64,000 nt of DNA from Raillietiella orientalis (lineage: Eukaryota), in contig JAYWIR010000024.1 of NCBI GenBank assembly GCA_036172245.1, positions 2,294,001 through 2,358,000 of the forward strand, written 5' to 3'. The notes beneath the pieces were generated by a model. It was not told where the DNA came from, did no database searches, and saw only the letters and a list, made by a program, of their open reading frames with translations. Positions 1 through 12,100 of the stretch are shown here, piece after piece. How positions within the stretch are numbered: position 1 is the first letter of the stretch; every line of letters starts with the position of its first letter. The position numbers and the translations under genes were made by a program.

Positions 1-645
1 TTCTTTGTCAACTTATGGCTTGTTGCCAGAACTGGGCTTTCCAGTGCTTTGTCATGTCTTAACACGATATAATAAATGGACCATATGAATACAATTTTAT
101 TTCGGTACACTTACATATTGTATCCAAATGAATTCTCGAACAAGCACTAATTTGTTTTTCGCTGCATCAAGGAGGTAATTTTTCTCGAGCTAACAAGAAA
201 TGATAAATAATATTCGCTCCGTATAGGTCTAGCAATTAACAGCTCCAACATCAGAAGGCAAACCAAAGGTTAATACTTAAGCAAGGGCTGCCTCCTTCCA
301 ACAGCTGAATGCATCACTCTGAACTAGCAATCACGTGACATAAATGATTAAAGATTCTAGTGTTGATTACGAAAACTCGAACAGCTCAAAACTGACCAGG
401 TCAAACTCATTATTTTGTGATATTTTGATTTGCTTGCTACTGAGGTGGAATAAGAGATTCACAATAACTTGCATGTCTTTTAATTTGCTTGTCACACTTA
501 TATAATAGATGTCTATATCTTGAGAATTCTTCACTTTGCTTCTGTGTGCGCAAAGCAGGTTTCATAAAATTCAGCATTTATGAAAATCATCCATTCCAGT
601 ATTTACATAAGTTTTATTGGCATCATGCTAAGCATCCCCAAAAGT

Positions 646-2287
646 TCAGGATGTAGATTTCGCCAATCCAACAGATGCTGGCCTAATCGTCCTGTTATGA
701 AGTTTATAACCTATTTTGGTAACAACAGCAACAGAGCCTGCAGGTTTATCTGTACATTCCTGATGGCACATTATAATAGAATATGAATCAGAATTAGTGC
801 AAGCTTACCACTTCAAACAAGGACTCATGTTCATTGGGGTCAAATTTTTTTCCTAATGCATCTATTTGCACCAATCCATGTTGTTTAAAGACCTGAAAAT
901 TTCAATAAAAAAAAAAAAAAACACCTTGAATAGTACAAAATTAACTTACCTGGAGGAGTCGGGCTTCTGTCATTATAAGGCCCTCTTGATATGCTTTTAA
1001 ATGTTCATTTTTCTCTAACTGATCTGAAGAAAGACTCTCCTTGGCTTTATGTAATATATCTGCAACCTATTGGCAGAAGAGACATTCAAGATATTAACAC
1101 TTAAAGGTGACTAAGCATTCTTAAATGAAATGACTAAGTAGTTACTTCAACTTGAAGAAGAATCAAATATACAGAATGATAGAAAAAATGGACTGTTTTA
1201 TGTGACACTAACTTCTAATAAATCTTTACAAAAACTCTGAATTCCAAATATTTTTGCATCCTCAATTTGCCTTACTAACCGCTGTCTGGTATTTTCTGTT
1301 TCTGCTAAAGCTCTCTTATACTTATCCTAGAAAAAGAAGGAGCCAATTAGGTTGCAAAATTCATTGAAGCATAGCAATCCAAGCTACTTCTGGAACCAAA
1401 TTACAAAAATTAAAGAGCATTTGGTGCCATTCAGTTGCACTTTACAGGAGAAATTAGCCAAGAGTTAAAATATAATTACTATACGTCTACAAAAGTACAA
1501 AGATAAACTTGAAGAGATATTCTGATCTAGCAGTAATATATGCAGTGATGTGATAACCAAATAATAATAAATCTCTGAATAAAAAACTAATTTTAAATAC
1601 GCAATACAATTAATATGAGTTAGAATAATTGATTTCGTTAATATTTTAACAACCAATTGAGAAATTCAAAATAATATTGAAAAAAGTCTACAAAATGAAA
1701 CCCCATTGAATAATCAACTATACTTTAAGGTAAACAGCTTCGCTCCGGCTCCACTTGTCTCCTGAATACTTGCATGTCTACTCAAATAATATAACATTTA
1801 TTACCTAAATTGTGAATTTTCTACAGATTCTTACTCATCCCAATATACGAGTGTACATATAACTATTTTCCGAGTACTCCAGTATTACTTACCTCTAAAT
1901 CGGTAACTTTTTCAAGCAAACTGTTGATCTGCGCATCTTTTTCGTTATTTTCTGGAGTGGTTTTACTATCAGTTTGCTCAGAAGCACTAACTGTACTTTC
2001 AGTGGAAGCCGTAGTTGAAAACTTGAACGTACTGCAATAAGAGATACAAACATTGCAATAACATAGCAGATAACGGGGCAATTTTACTGTCTAAAAATCA
2101 TCACATTATTACGGTAATAAGGGATATTACTATTCACTTAGTAGTCTGCAGTTGATACAACTATGTTACTTGTACTAGCTCTATTTATTATATTGTTTAT
2201 ATACTACCTTGGCGTTTTATAAAAATTGTTCCACAGGATGCCAAATGAATTATAAATCGCTAATTTTCTATTCCAAAGTCTATTCAT
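646..2287 (-). CDS. GRPEL1: Mitochondrial GrpE nucleotide-exchange factor (GRPEL/Roe1 homolog), 6 coding exons, ~215 aa
   Basis: Manually spliced exons 2287-2208, 2031-1893, 1326-1213, 1066-950, 892-809, 759-646, all GT-AG and in frame (648 nt). Translation includes DKYKRALAETENTRQR..EDAKIFGIQSFCKDLLEVADIL, EGLIMTE, FDPNEHESLF, GYKLHNRTIRPASVG. The N-terminus is basic and presequence-like (MNRLWNRKL..). Exon 1 is the least certain. Confidence 0.93.
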
Positions 2288-3109
2288 TTTTACATTTCAT
2301 TTTAACAGACCACAGTCACGATTACCACTGCGTCATATCAAAGCACGTGAAAACTTACATCCGTTTAAAGTACCAAATAATAAATCGAAATTTTCTTTAA
2401 ACGAATTCCATAAAATACTTTATGAATCTAATCCACATTGATACCATGAGGTTATGATTTTTCATTTTAGTAAATATGACACTGCGTTATAGTATCTATA
2501 CATACAAATGGTGGTTTGTAAATTAATGACTGTAAAACACAAGCGTTGCAGAATGGTTTCAATGTCTTCACTAGTACTTTTCATGTATTTATTCCGTGAT
2601 TCCAGTACTTTTTACGAGATTCGTTTTGACATCATATAAACAGTATGATTTCTAGCTTTTTGTAAAGTAGTTATGAAGAAATACAACTTGTTTGTGTTCA
2701 GTTCAACACGTTAAGCAACATGTGATTCAATGAAAGGATACCGATGAACTCTGAATGACTTTACAACGTCCACAGTTGCATCATTCAGCAAGTTATTTTT
2801 TAAACACATCCGATATATGAGTTGTTGAATTAATACCTTCCGAAGCTATTATATTTTAACAATTAACAGCAATTACATCACATACTCTACTAAAATTAAT
2901 GTGTGTATTTCGGTAATTTTATTCATTGTAAATGATGTTTATGAGATTAATTATAAGTATATAATCTTGAAAATAACATTTATCCTACTCTTCCAACTTT
3001 GTACAATTTATGCTTATTATATCTATAATTAACGGTATTTTGTGTCTGCTAATTCTTAAGGCAAGTCCTTGAAAGCCATCCCTTTTTCTTCATGTGATCT
3101 CTTTAATAA

Positions 3110-4450
3110 TTCACAAATTTAGCATCTTGAAATCTACTTGGGGATTCACATTTTTTGGTCTCCAGAGATGATTTAAAACAACGTCTAAAAGCACATAGTA
3201 TGTTTCCTGTAAACGCAGAAAAACAGAAACTAAACTCTCCATTGGGAACGAAGAATATATCGTCGAATGCAAAGCATTAGTATTAAATTGGCAAGGGACA
3301 CAATCTTCACCGACGACCCTCACTATGTTTGCACAACTCCAATTACAAAGTATAATCTGGACTAGTTTATTCAAGTTTGAAATGTTTAATTAAATAAATA
3401 TTCGTCGAACTTTATAGAGAAATAATGGTATCGACATTAACGTTATTTTATCTCAATGCTTAAAACCAACACATGACTATAGCTTACAGAGAAACCATTC
3501 CCTCCTGAATTAATTTCAAAAATTCTGAAGAATTTCGTTTTGAGGAACAAAAAGTCATTAAAATGGAATCCGGAGTAAGGATCTCGAGAAAATGCACTGA
3601 CATTTCGTTCGAGAAACACGTCCAGGAATATGTAATAGAACAGAACTTCCGTAACAGAACAAGATCTTGTCAAGTTCTGTCGACAGCATGGAGGAGAGAG
3701 AACTTATTGCTTTTCTGATGTAATTATAATAACCTGAAGCTTCATATACTGGAACTTGTATCTGTTTTTGCCCGGAATCGCAAAATACTTATAGATATGT
3801 GAAAATGCTTTGTGAGTTTGGAAAGGAAGGAACACCTTTATGGCCGAAGTACTTTTGAACTCCACAGGAATCCATGAAGTATACTGAACTCTGTATAGGG
3901 TTCAGTATACTTCTATGTAGAGTTCAGTATACTTGAGCAATGTACTTCGATAAACTTGAATGTAATTGAACTCTATGTAGAGTAGTCTCAGAGTTTTGCA
4001 AATATTCAATTATTAAGATGCAGCTGTTAATTTTGAGAACATTTTCTTCGAGCATCGTGAAAAACTTATGGACATAGAATCTCCACTGACTATGTGGAAG
4101 GACTTAGGATCTTTGAGATTTGAGCACATTGCATAGTATTCTATAATTTTGCCTCCCATGTGCACCGGGTATTGGAAGAGGGGCGTTCTTTCCATGAGTG
4201 CATGAAGCGTGGGCTCTGCTGAATGAAAATGAGACTTCACAATGTCGACTGCACATCTGACAGATAGAAAGAGAAGAAAAGTCGAAAGGTCTTTATGGAC
4301 CATTAATCTTTGGAGCTTGGTGGATGGGGGAAATCCAATTTTTTGTTTCAAATGGTAAAGAAGGTATTCTCCATACGTAGTTATGGAGAAGAGTTTATAC
4401 GACCACCATACTCCTTGAATCCTCCCAAATCGCTTTTCTACTTTCAATGG
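3110..4450 (-). mobile_element. Degenerate Ty3/Gypsy integrase remnant
   Basis: Frameshifted minus-strand translations resemble the HHCC region (HFHSAE..ALMER..YPVHMGGKIIEYYAMC), the core (FCYG..) and the C-terminal 'NALHSTIYSSFP' (HSTT.SP). Confidence 0.45.
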
Positions 4451-5299
4451 ACCATTTCATTCCATTTTTTAAAAACAGATAATGCGTAATTAATTCAAAA
4501 TACATGCAGGATTGATGGAGAATTCAAATTTTGAAAAGGACTTGTCAATCCATTAGGAATCGGAACTCAGAATATAAGAATCAACAAGTGCTAAAGAAAA
4601 TTAAAGTATTTGCGAGGAGTAAGTAGCACATGACTGGTACCAAGCCGAAATGGAATATTTCCTCATATTATAGGAAACGTGCTCTTCTTTGTGTGTGCAC
4701 TGAAAATTAATGAAGAGTGATGCGTTTTTGTTGTCTGCCGTTGTTATGGGTAGAAAAGCTCACAGATGCATAAGGCATAGTGGCGAGCATGCAACGGACA
4801 CACGATCGTGATGATGCACGCGAAAGGCCTTTTCTCGAGGGTGTGAACAAAGAGCACAGAAGAACATGTGGTGCTTCACATTTTCACTGTGTGAGATTCA
4901 AGGAATACGAAGATTCTCAGCGAGAATGAGTTTGTAGTTCTGTGGCACGTGGGGGATCCGGATATCTCACGTGGTGAAATCAGTACGTGAGACATCGCGA
5001 GGCAGACGGGAATCGATCTCCTTCTCGTATTCAGTTGTGTTTGGCAGGTCATCAGGAAGGGGCGGAAAGCAATTACTTTTCAGCATTCCGAACTGATCCG
5101 AAATTTGCGAAGCGGAAGCACCAGGAAGGAGCAAGTTGGCGAATGGTGATTGGCGTGGGTCTCTGACAGGAACAGCAAGGAAAATTTGCTTTTCGAATCC
5201 GTTGCAAGGAGAGGAGTTGGTGAGCGTGGATTCCCGTCTGTTGATCTGTTTCGGTAGGATTCGGTTCAGTTCGAATCTTCCGCAGCAACAATTCCTTAC

Positions 5300-8030
5300 C
5301 CACCGGTGAAATCCCTCTTTGCCCCAGCGCTGCCCTCACTAGGGGAAGCAAGGGACAGTGACAATAAGGGCAAGGTGGGAAGTCGCAGCAAAAAAGAAAC
5401 TTCTGGGTTCGTGGACAACAAGGGAGCTTACGGAAGCTGCGACCCTGAGTGTCCAACCCACAGAACTCACGCACTAGGGCGATTCCTCCAGAAAACCTAA
5501 AGTGGCCCCCAGCGTGATCGAACAACGGCATCGTCCCCTTTAAGTGGCAGGAGTTGGCGTTGCTGGTCTCCCATGCAAAGTACGCCTCCACCATTGGACC
5601 CAGGGGAGTCTGGATGCAAATTGTGACAGGTGCGGAGAGGGAGGACCCCCTCACACCTGCTTTCAGACTGTAATGCCCTTCGACCCCTTTGGAATCTTTT
5701 AGAATCTTAGAATCCTTGGAATCCCGGTGGGTGACCCCAGGAACATTTTGAAACGCCTCTTCGTGCGTGTTACGCTGCCGCCAGCAGCGACCCTCGCAGT
5801 CCTCTGCTGTCTTTGAGGGTTGATGGCGCCCTGAAACGTCACCAGAAGTGGACAGTATGGTAGGTACGCCATCCACTGGTCGAGAATCTTTTTTTGAGAG
5901 CCGCCGCGAAATGACTCTACCTGAGAAATATCCGAAACAAACTTGCCCAGCACCCTGGATAGGATGCAGAGGACGCCTGGCAGCAAACTGCGATCCCTTC
6001 CTCAATCTTTCCTTCCTTTCCCCCCCTCCTCCCCCCGAAAAACTTTCCTGCCCTACTTTTGTTTGTTTCTTGTTGCTTGCGGTGCTCCCATTCCCCTCGC
6101 TGCCGAAACGGATACGTCGCCGCTCTGCGCGCTGGAAATTTGGCAGGTCCAACGTCTTTTTTTTCTTTTTTTTAGGACGTGGTAGCAACAACAGGTATAC
6201 CACAAGAATGTATATTATTTTTATAACAAGTGCCTCGGCCAATCCGGATGAAAAACCATACCGGGAAACCCAGCGCAGCACCGGTAAAGTGGGATAAAAA
6301 CGTTTTAGTGGGTGGTTGTCGCGCGAATTGTCGCGTGGGACCCTGCGGCCTCGAGTGTCTCACCTAAAGGTCTGCCATGCTGGATCCAGCTCCTAGAGAT
6401 TCCTCCAGAAGCTATGGTGTTTCCGGATATATATACGGACCGCTCTACTTTCCCAGTAAAGTGGCAGAAGTTGGCGTCGCTGGTCATGCATTGGGGTCTG
6501 CTATGCAAAGCACCCTTCCATCATTGGATCCGAAATGTGCAAGATGCGGGGAAAGAGAAACTTCCTCAGCTGCTTGTCCATTGTGCTGCCCTCAAACTCT
6601 TCGGGAACCCTTTGCGATCCCTGAGAGCAGCTCCAGAGACGTGATTATACGCTTCTCCGTGAGTGATGCACTGCAGCCAGAGGTGCCATTTGCTGGGCGA
6701 AACTCATGAGAATCGTCGCGAGATGGGTCAATCTAGGAAGTAATAGGGACGAACTTGTTCAGCATCCTGCAGAGGATGAACGGGACGTAGCGGGGCACAT
6801 TGAGATCCCTTCCCAAACCTCCAAACAAGCAGCATTTCTAACTTTTTTTTTTCGTTTTATTTTCCATTTTGTTCTTCTTCGTCCCCCGTCCCTTTGCACC
6901 AAGCTCCAAATGGCAGGTTGAATGGAGCTTCCGCACGCTGTAGGGCCAAGGGTGCTTGCTACCAAATTCGTGTATTTTTTAGAATAAAAGCCACGGAGTA
7001 GCGGGGTGGAAAACCTGGCTGCTAAACCGAGGGATAGGAGCATTCAGTGAGGGCAGCATCGGCAGCGTTTCTTCACTCCGGATCCTGGGATTCTCCAAGC
7101 TCCCTTGCTCGATGCCGCCCTCTTGGCGGGGGTGCCCGTGTCCTCCAAGAGGGACACAAGGCGACAGACCGCGCTGCGGGAGTCTGGGAGACTTCTGGAC
7201 CCAAGGAGACACGGCATTCTGGAATGAGGGTGAAAGATTGTCTGGGGGAGAGAAAAGGGAGAGCCGTCTTTCTTTTGTCTTAGGATGAGAACCAGCGTGT
7301 TGCCAACTGGTTTATTTGTACTAAATAAGCGCCCTGGCGTGACCGTGTGAAAGAAGAAAGGACAGAAAAAGAAGGGGTAGAAGGGAGAAATCCATGCCAG
7401 CAGGGACCCAAAGGTGTGGGCGCGCATTCAGCCACAGGAGGTCCTCCTCCTTAGGTGACGAGACCTGGTGCTCCTCTTGGGGCTGGGGCCTCCCTTGCGA
7501 CGAGTGTCTGCACCAAGTGGCGAGGGGATGGCAGATGTGTGAGGCAGATGCGGGGCAATCGAATCGCTGCGCACCTGCCGACGAACTGCGAAGTCCTCTT
7601 TCGTTCGCGGGAGCGGCTGGCTTCAGCTCTCCTGCATCCCGAGGATTGCGACGGCTGGATTTGCTGCGCCAGCTTCCTCTCGAGAGGGAGAAGTTCTCTC
7701 CCGCCGCGGTGACTGAGACGTTGCGTGCTGCTGTATCCGCAGCAGCATGCTAAGGGCCCCGCTGCTCGCCGAAACCCCCACCAGCGGCAACAGGAACCTA
7801 TCCGCTTAGCAGTCTCTTTGATGAGGAGGACACGCGGGCGAAGAAGTCAGCGAGGAGAACGCCAACGTCTTGCGGAGGCTGTAAGAGAGAAGCAGCAATC
7901 CCGGTCTTCCCATCCCTCACCCACCAACTATTTATTCGTTTGTCCTTCCCCCTTTCCCACCTCACGCTTCAGGCAATTTCTTCAACCGACCTGCGGGCAG
8001 GCGAGCCCTCCCGACTGAACTTTTTTGTTT
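5300..8030 (+). mobile_element. Cluster of Tx1/L1-clade non-LTR retrotransposon 3' fragments (~5300-6290 +, 6300-6920 +, 7040-7250 -, 7380-8030 +)
   Basis: Mutually similar segments (PFKWQELALLV / PVKWQKLASLV; C-x-RCG..E...HL...C zinc knuckle). The plus-strand copies end in a C-rich then T-rich tail. Homologous to 22330-23770 and 59200-63800. Confidence 0.6.
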
Positions 8031-8217
8031 CTCCTTCTTTTTGAGTCACAAGGGACGCAGTTCTTTGTTCAATGTTGCTTCCCATCCTATGGCTGCTGGC
8101 TCCCGCGCCGCCGGGTGGAAGGCCACAGGAAGTCGTGCTTTGGTCGGGAGATCCCCTCCTTCGAGGCACGTTTCCCGAAGGTCCAGAGTCTTTTTTCCGG
8201 GAGCAATGGTTACGGCC

Positions 8218-9124
8218 CTACCAGGAGGAGTCTCTTGGGGAGAAGAAAGTCGGATGAACCGCTCCTTGAGGAGAGTCGGCGGCCGCAGATGTTCTCAGGC
8301 TGATGCCAGGCAGTCCCCCGGCGGAACGTTGTGACTCCTTGGTCCGCACGTCAGCAGTAATCCGGAGTGAGCGCTCCAACCTCAGGGGGATGTCCGGGCG
8401 CAGCCTTCCAGAGGGATTAGGCGCCCTCTTCTTGCGTCCGTAGGAGGCTTCCCGCAAATTCGCGTCGGAGCGGCCGGCGCCGGCGGAGCTGGCCGCCAGG
8501 CACATTCTCTCGGCGCACCTCCGAAGGCAGGGAGTCATGAGGGCGCGGAAGAGAACGACGTCCGAACCTGGAAACCGGAAGGCCGCAAAGTGAAACTCCA
8601 GGTCCTTTCCCCTGGGAGTGGCCATCCTGACGGGCGTCAGGGCAGCTCCCTCGACGGGGCAGCCGTCCTCGTCTATCAGTGGGAACTCCGGCGCGCCAGG
8701 GTCGTCCGAGCCGTCCGTGGCCACCAGGTTGCTCACGAAGATCCCGTAGGGAGCGTCCCTCCGCGCGACCTTGAAGTGGATGCTCAGCAGGTCGCCGACC
8801 CTTGCAAGGGAAACCGGGGCACCCTTCCCGTCTCGGATGAGCATCACGACTCGTGGCGGGGAAACCACAGTCTCCTCTCCTTCCCTTAGTGAGGGAGGAA
8901 ACGGAAGTGGGCACCTGATACCGAGGATCTCCAGGTCATCTCTGGAAGTCTCCCGAGCGACGGCGATGCTCTCGGTGAAGCGACAGCCGGTGACCGCCCG
9001 AGCGCAGTTGTTCTCCAGATAGATCGCTCCTGCTCGTGTCCCTAGGCTCCGGGGCGGACTCTGAGCGTGCCGGTCCATGTCGGACAGCTGGCATACTCCC
9101 GTGCGTTCTTCGTAGTTCGCAGAC
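8218..9124 (-). CDS. Paralog A coding exon 3: end of PAN2, ZP-C, furin site
   Basis: Acceptor cttcccttcAG|G; SANY..CQLSDMDR..YLENNC, VGDLLSIHF, LIDEDGCP, FAAFRFP, TPCLRRC, YGRKKR; stop TAG at 8220-8218. Confidence 0.88.
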
Positions 9125-12100
9125 CTGAAGGGAAGGCGAGGCTGCGTGATGTCCCCAAGATCTGAGTTGTCCCTTGTCCCGCGAGCGAGCAAGTGGGAGA
9201 TCTTTAGCCCCCACGCTCGACCCTCTTCCCTCCCTCCCTTCCTTCAAATCACCGTGACGCTTTTCCCATCTCTGATCAAATGAAGACATTGACTGAACGG
9301 GAGGCGGCAGATCAGAAAAGGCTCTCATGGATACGGCCGGAAGGGGACACTTTTCTGAGGTTCCCCAGTTTTGCCGAGGGAGCAAGAAGGGACCCATTTT
9401 CTCCTCACCAAATGGAGGGGAGAAGGAAATCCCCCAGGGGGATGAGCGCATCTCGATCTCTGGCAGAGGGAGGAGCGCAAGGCAGTATTGTGCGCCCCTC
9501 TGGTCTTCCACGTGCATCCTTATCCTTTTACCTCTCACCTCCCTCCCTTCGTTATTTTCCCTGGAGTTCCTCATGGCAACTAGGAAAGAGAGAGACGTTG
9601 CTTCCGAAAGACGCGCGAAAACCAGGGAACCATATTGGCGCCCAGACCTCCTTCACTACCTACATTGGCCACGATCGCTTCCTTGGGAAGATTTGCCATG
9701 CCTTCCCTCTTTCCAGGAACCTATTCCCATCCCACAGTCAAGTGCCGGAGCGGCCAAGAAGTCACGGACTCCCGAAAGGGAAAGGAGGAGGTACTGAGAC
9801 GTCCGCTGGTACTCCAAAGTGGGGAGCCACCCTGCACTTCTATCCAAAGCACCCAAAAAACAGGGTGGGTCTCCTGCGGACCACACTGAGAAGGTGCTCC
9901 CCTGTAGGAAGATGCTATTCTCGCGCTTTGTATTCTGTTCCAGGTCCTCGGCTCTCCTCCTGCGAGGAGAAATGCGGCTGGAGATATTTCCCCTGAAGAT
10001 CGTCTTTGACGCTCAGCGAGGAGCGGTTCGCGAGCAACATCCCCCCCCCCTCCTTACTGGAGAGTAGGGCGCGCGAAGACCTACTGCTCACCAAGAAGGA
10101 ATCGCGTCTCATACGCGGGCCCTCACATGGCCGGACGTTCTTGGCCTGTGCGCGGGCGCCATGTCTCCAGGTTGCGCACTTCTGGGACAAGCTCTAAACA
10201 AGCCCTGCTGCAACTTTTGCGCATGTGTTCCCCACGAGATGCCATACGCTTCGGGTTTAGTGCATGTACAGTCGGAGCATGTACCGTGAGTTTGCAAGTA
10301 CGTGCGGGCATACCTGCAGACAAACGAAGATTCTCGAAGGCACGCTTCGATGCACCTCTCTGTGGATCGCTCGACATGCGACTTCCTGACGAATCCTTCG
10401 AGTCGATGCCCGGAAACCGCTTCGAACGCCCACTCCCGGTCACAGCTGTACAAACTGTCCAGGCACAGCTTCTGAGCGTAGAGATTAAACCCTGGACGCT
10501 GTGATGGCGATAGGAGATCTGAAAGAGAAGAATTCGGTAGACAGTGCAAGGAAAAGGTCAGCGGAATGTGGAGAAACTTCAGACGAGGTTTGGCGTACAC
10601 ACTTCTGTGTAGACAGCATGCTCATGACGTCCAAGACAAACGCTTAAAAACAAGCATCCTCTTTTTGATCTCTACATGTCAATCAACTGAGTTCCGTCTA
10701 CCCATCCTTGTCTCAGGAACCCCTGAGGTAACTTTTCTGAGAAGACGGATTTTATCTGTGGAAATCAGAGGATAACTGACGGATTGCATCTTCTGCTGGG
10801 TGTCCAGAAACCTCTGGAAAACTGGTTACTCTGACAAGGACCTCCTGGCTGCCGAGCAAGAACGCGAGCAACTTTTTAATCGTGCAAATATACAGCGACT
10901 GCAGCACGGCCAGCTGTTTTTCTTTTGCTAACGCCCTCTTCCTCTTTGAAAGGAGTGATTTGGATAAAAGTTCTTTTATGTGAGAAAACAGAGCTGCCAA
11001 GAGTGGCCTCTCAGAGCTGCATGCCAGCGTGTCACGAGCGGTCCCTTCTCATGTTTTCTTTTGGAAGTTCCTCCTGTCGGCTCTCTGAGAAGCAGAGTAC
11101 GAGAAGGTTGAGGACCTCGTGGTAAGCAAGCGTTCGCAGAACGGAACCGAAGTACAGTGATGCGGGGTGCACTCTGAAGGCCGTGTTTCCCAAAACCTAT
11201 GCAGAACATCGGAACCGAGGAAACGAGGTTTGCGGTCAAAACCTCCTCAAGGAAGATGCACCCTTCATTCACACGGGAGACAGCGAAAGCTCTTTGCACA
11301 GCGAAAAAGCATGCAGACTTCAGAAGGTTTCATCTGCCTTTTCAATCGTTCTGGGGTGTTTCAGCTCTCGTTACGTCTTCCGTCTCTGTTTTCAACCCAG
11401 TTGGGGAAATGTTGCTTCTGTGCTTCCTTTGTCTTAATTTGTCTGTCCATTACATCTGCCACAGGTTCAGTTGGATGCAGCGGATGTTTCTCAGATTTGC
11501 AGATCAAGGAAAACACCGGGAAAAGATTTTTCAAGATCCTTCGAAGGAATAAAAGACCTGATGTCGACAGGAGTCAGGGTGAAAACAGAATGCAACAGAG
11601 AGAAAAAGACGTGAGTCGGCACAGACGCGGAACGCGCACATCAAAGAACAGCCCTGTGCGTATGAACAGAGGCTGCAACCAATCTTCATCCTAATGGGAT
11701 GGGGGAAGCTGCAGCAACTCTAGCCCTTTTCTATCCAGGCATTTCCATGTAGGTTCTCGTTGAAGCGCTTACATGAAGGAGGAAAAAGGAAACCAGTAAG
11801 CCATTTTCGTTGAATTTGAACTCAATTACCGACCAGCCAAAATCAGCAATCGGAATTTTCAAAGCGCCCTCGGCTGGTGAGTTCGCACGTCCGACACCCA
11901 TCGCCCAATGTCGCGCGGATCGTTTCTTGGGCTCCTATGGGAAAAGATCTGGGATATTCGACGAGACGCCTCCCTCTCTGGAAAACCGACGTTCGGTCGA
12001 AGGGGGCGCGATAGAGCCACACGCGATGGTTCGCCAACGGCACGAAGGCGCTTCCTGATGCTAGAAACAGGTGTCCTGAATCCTTCAGTTCTTCATTCCG

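Noticed and set aside
1..560. Possible exons of a neighbouring gene (e.g. minus 189-115 LEKNYLLDAAKNKLVLVREFIWIQY)
   Set aside because: Splice-like signals occur on both strands and no protein is recognisable; cannot be supported.
5073..6281. 402-aa minus-strand ORF
   Set aside because: It is antisense to a Tx1 remnant and its low-complexity tail; no recognisable protein family.
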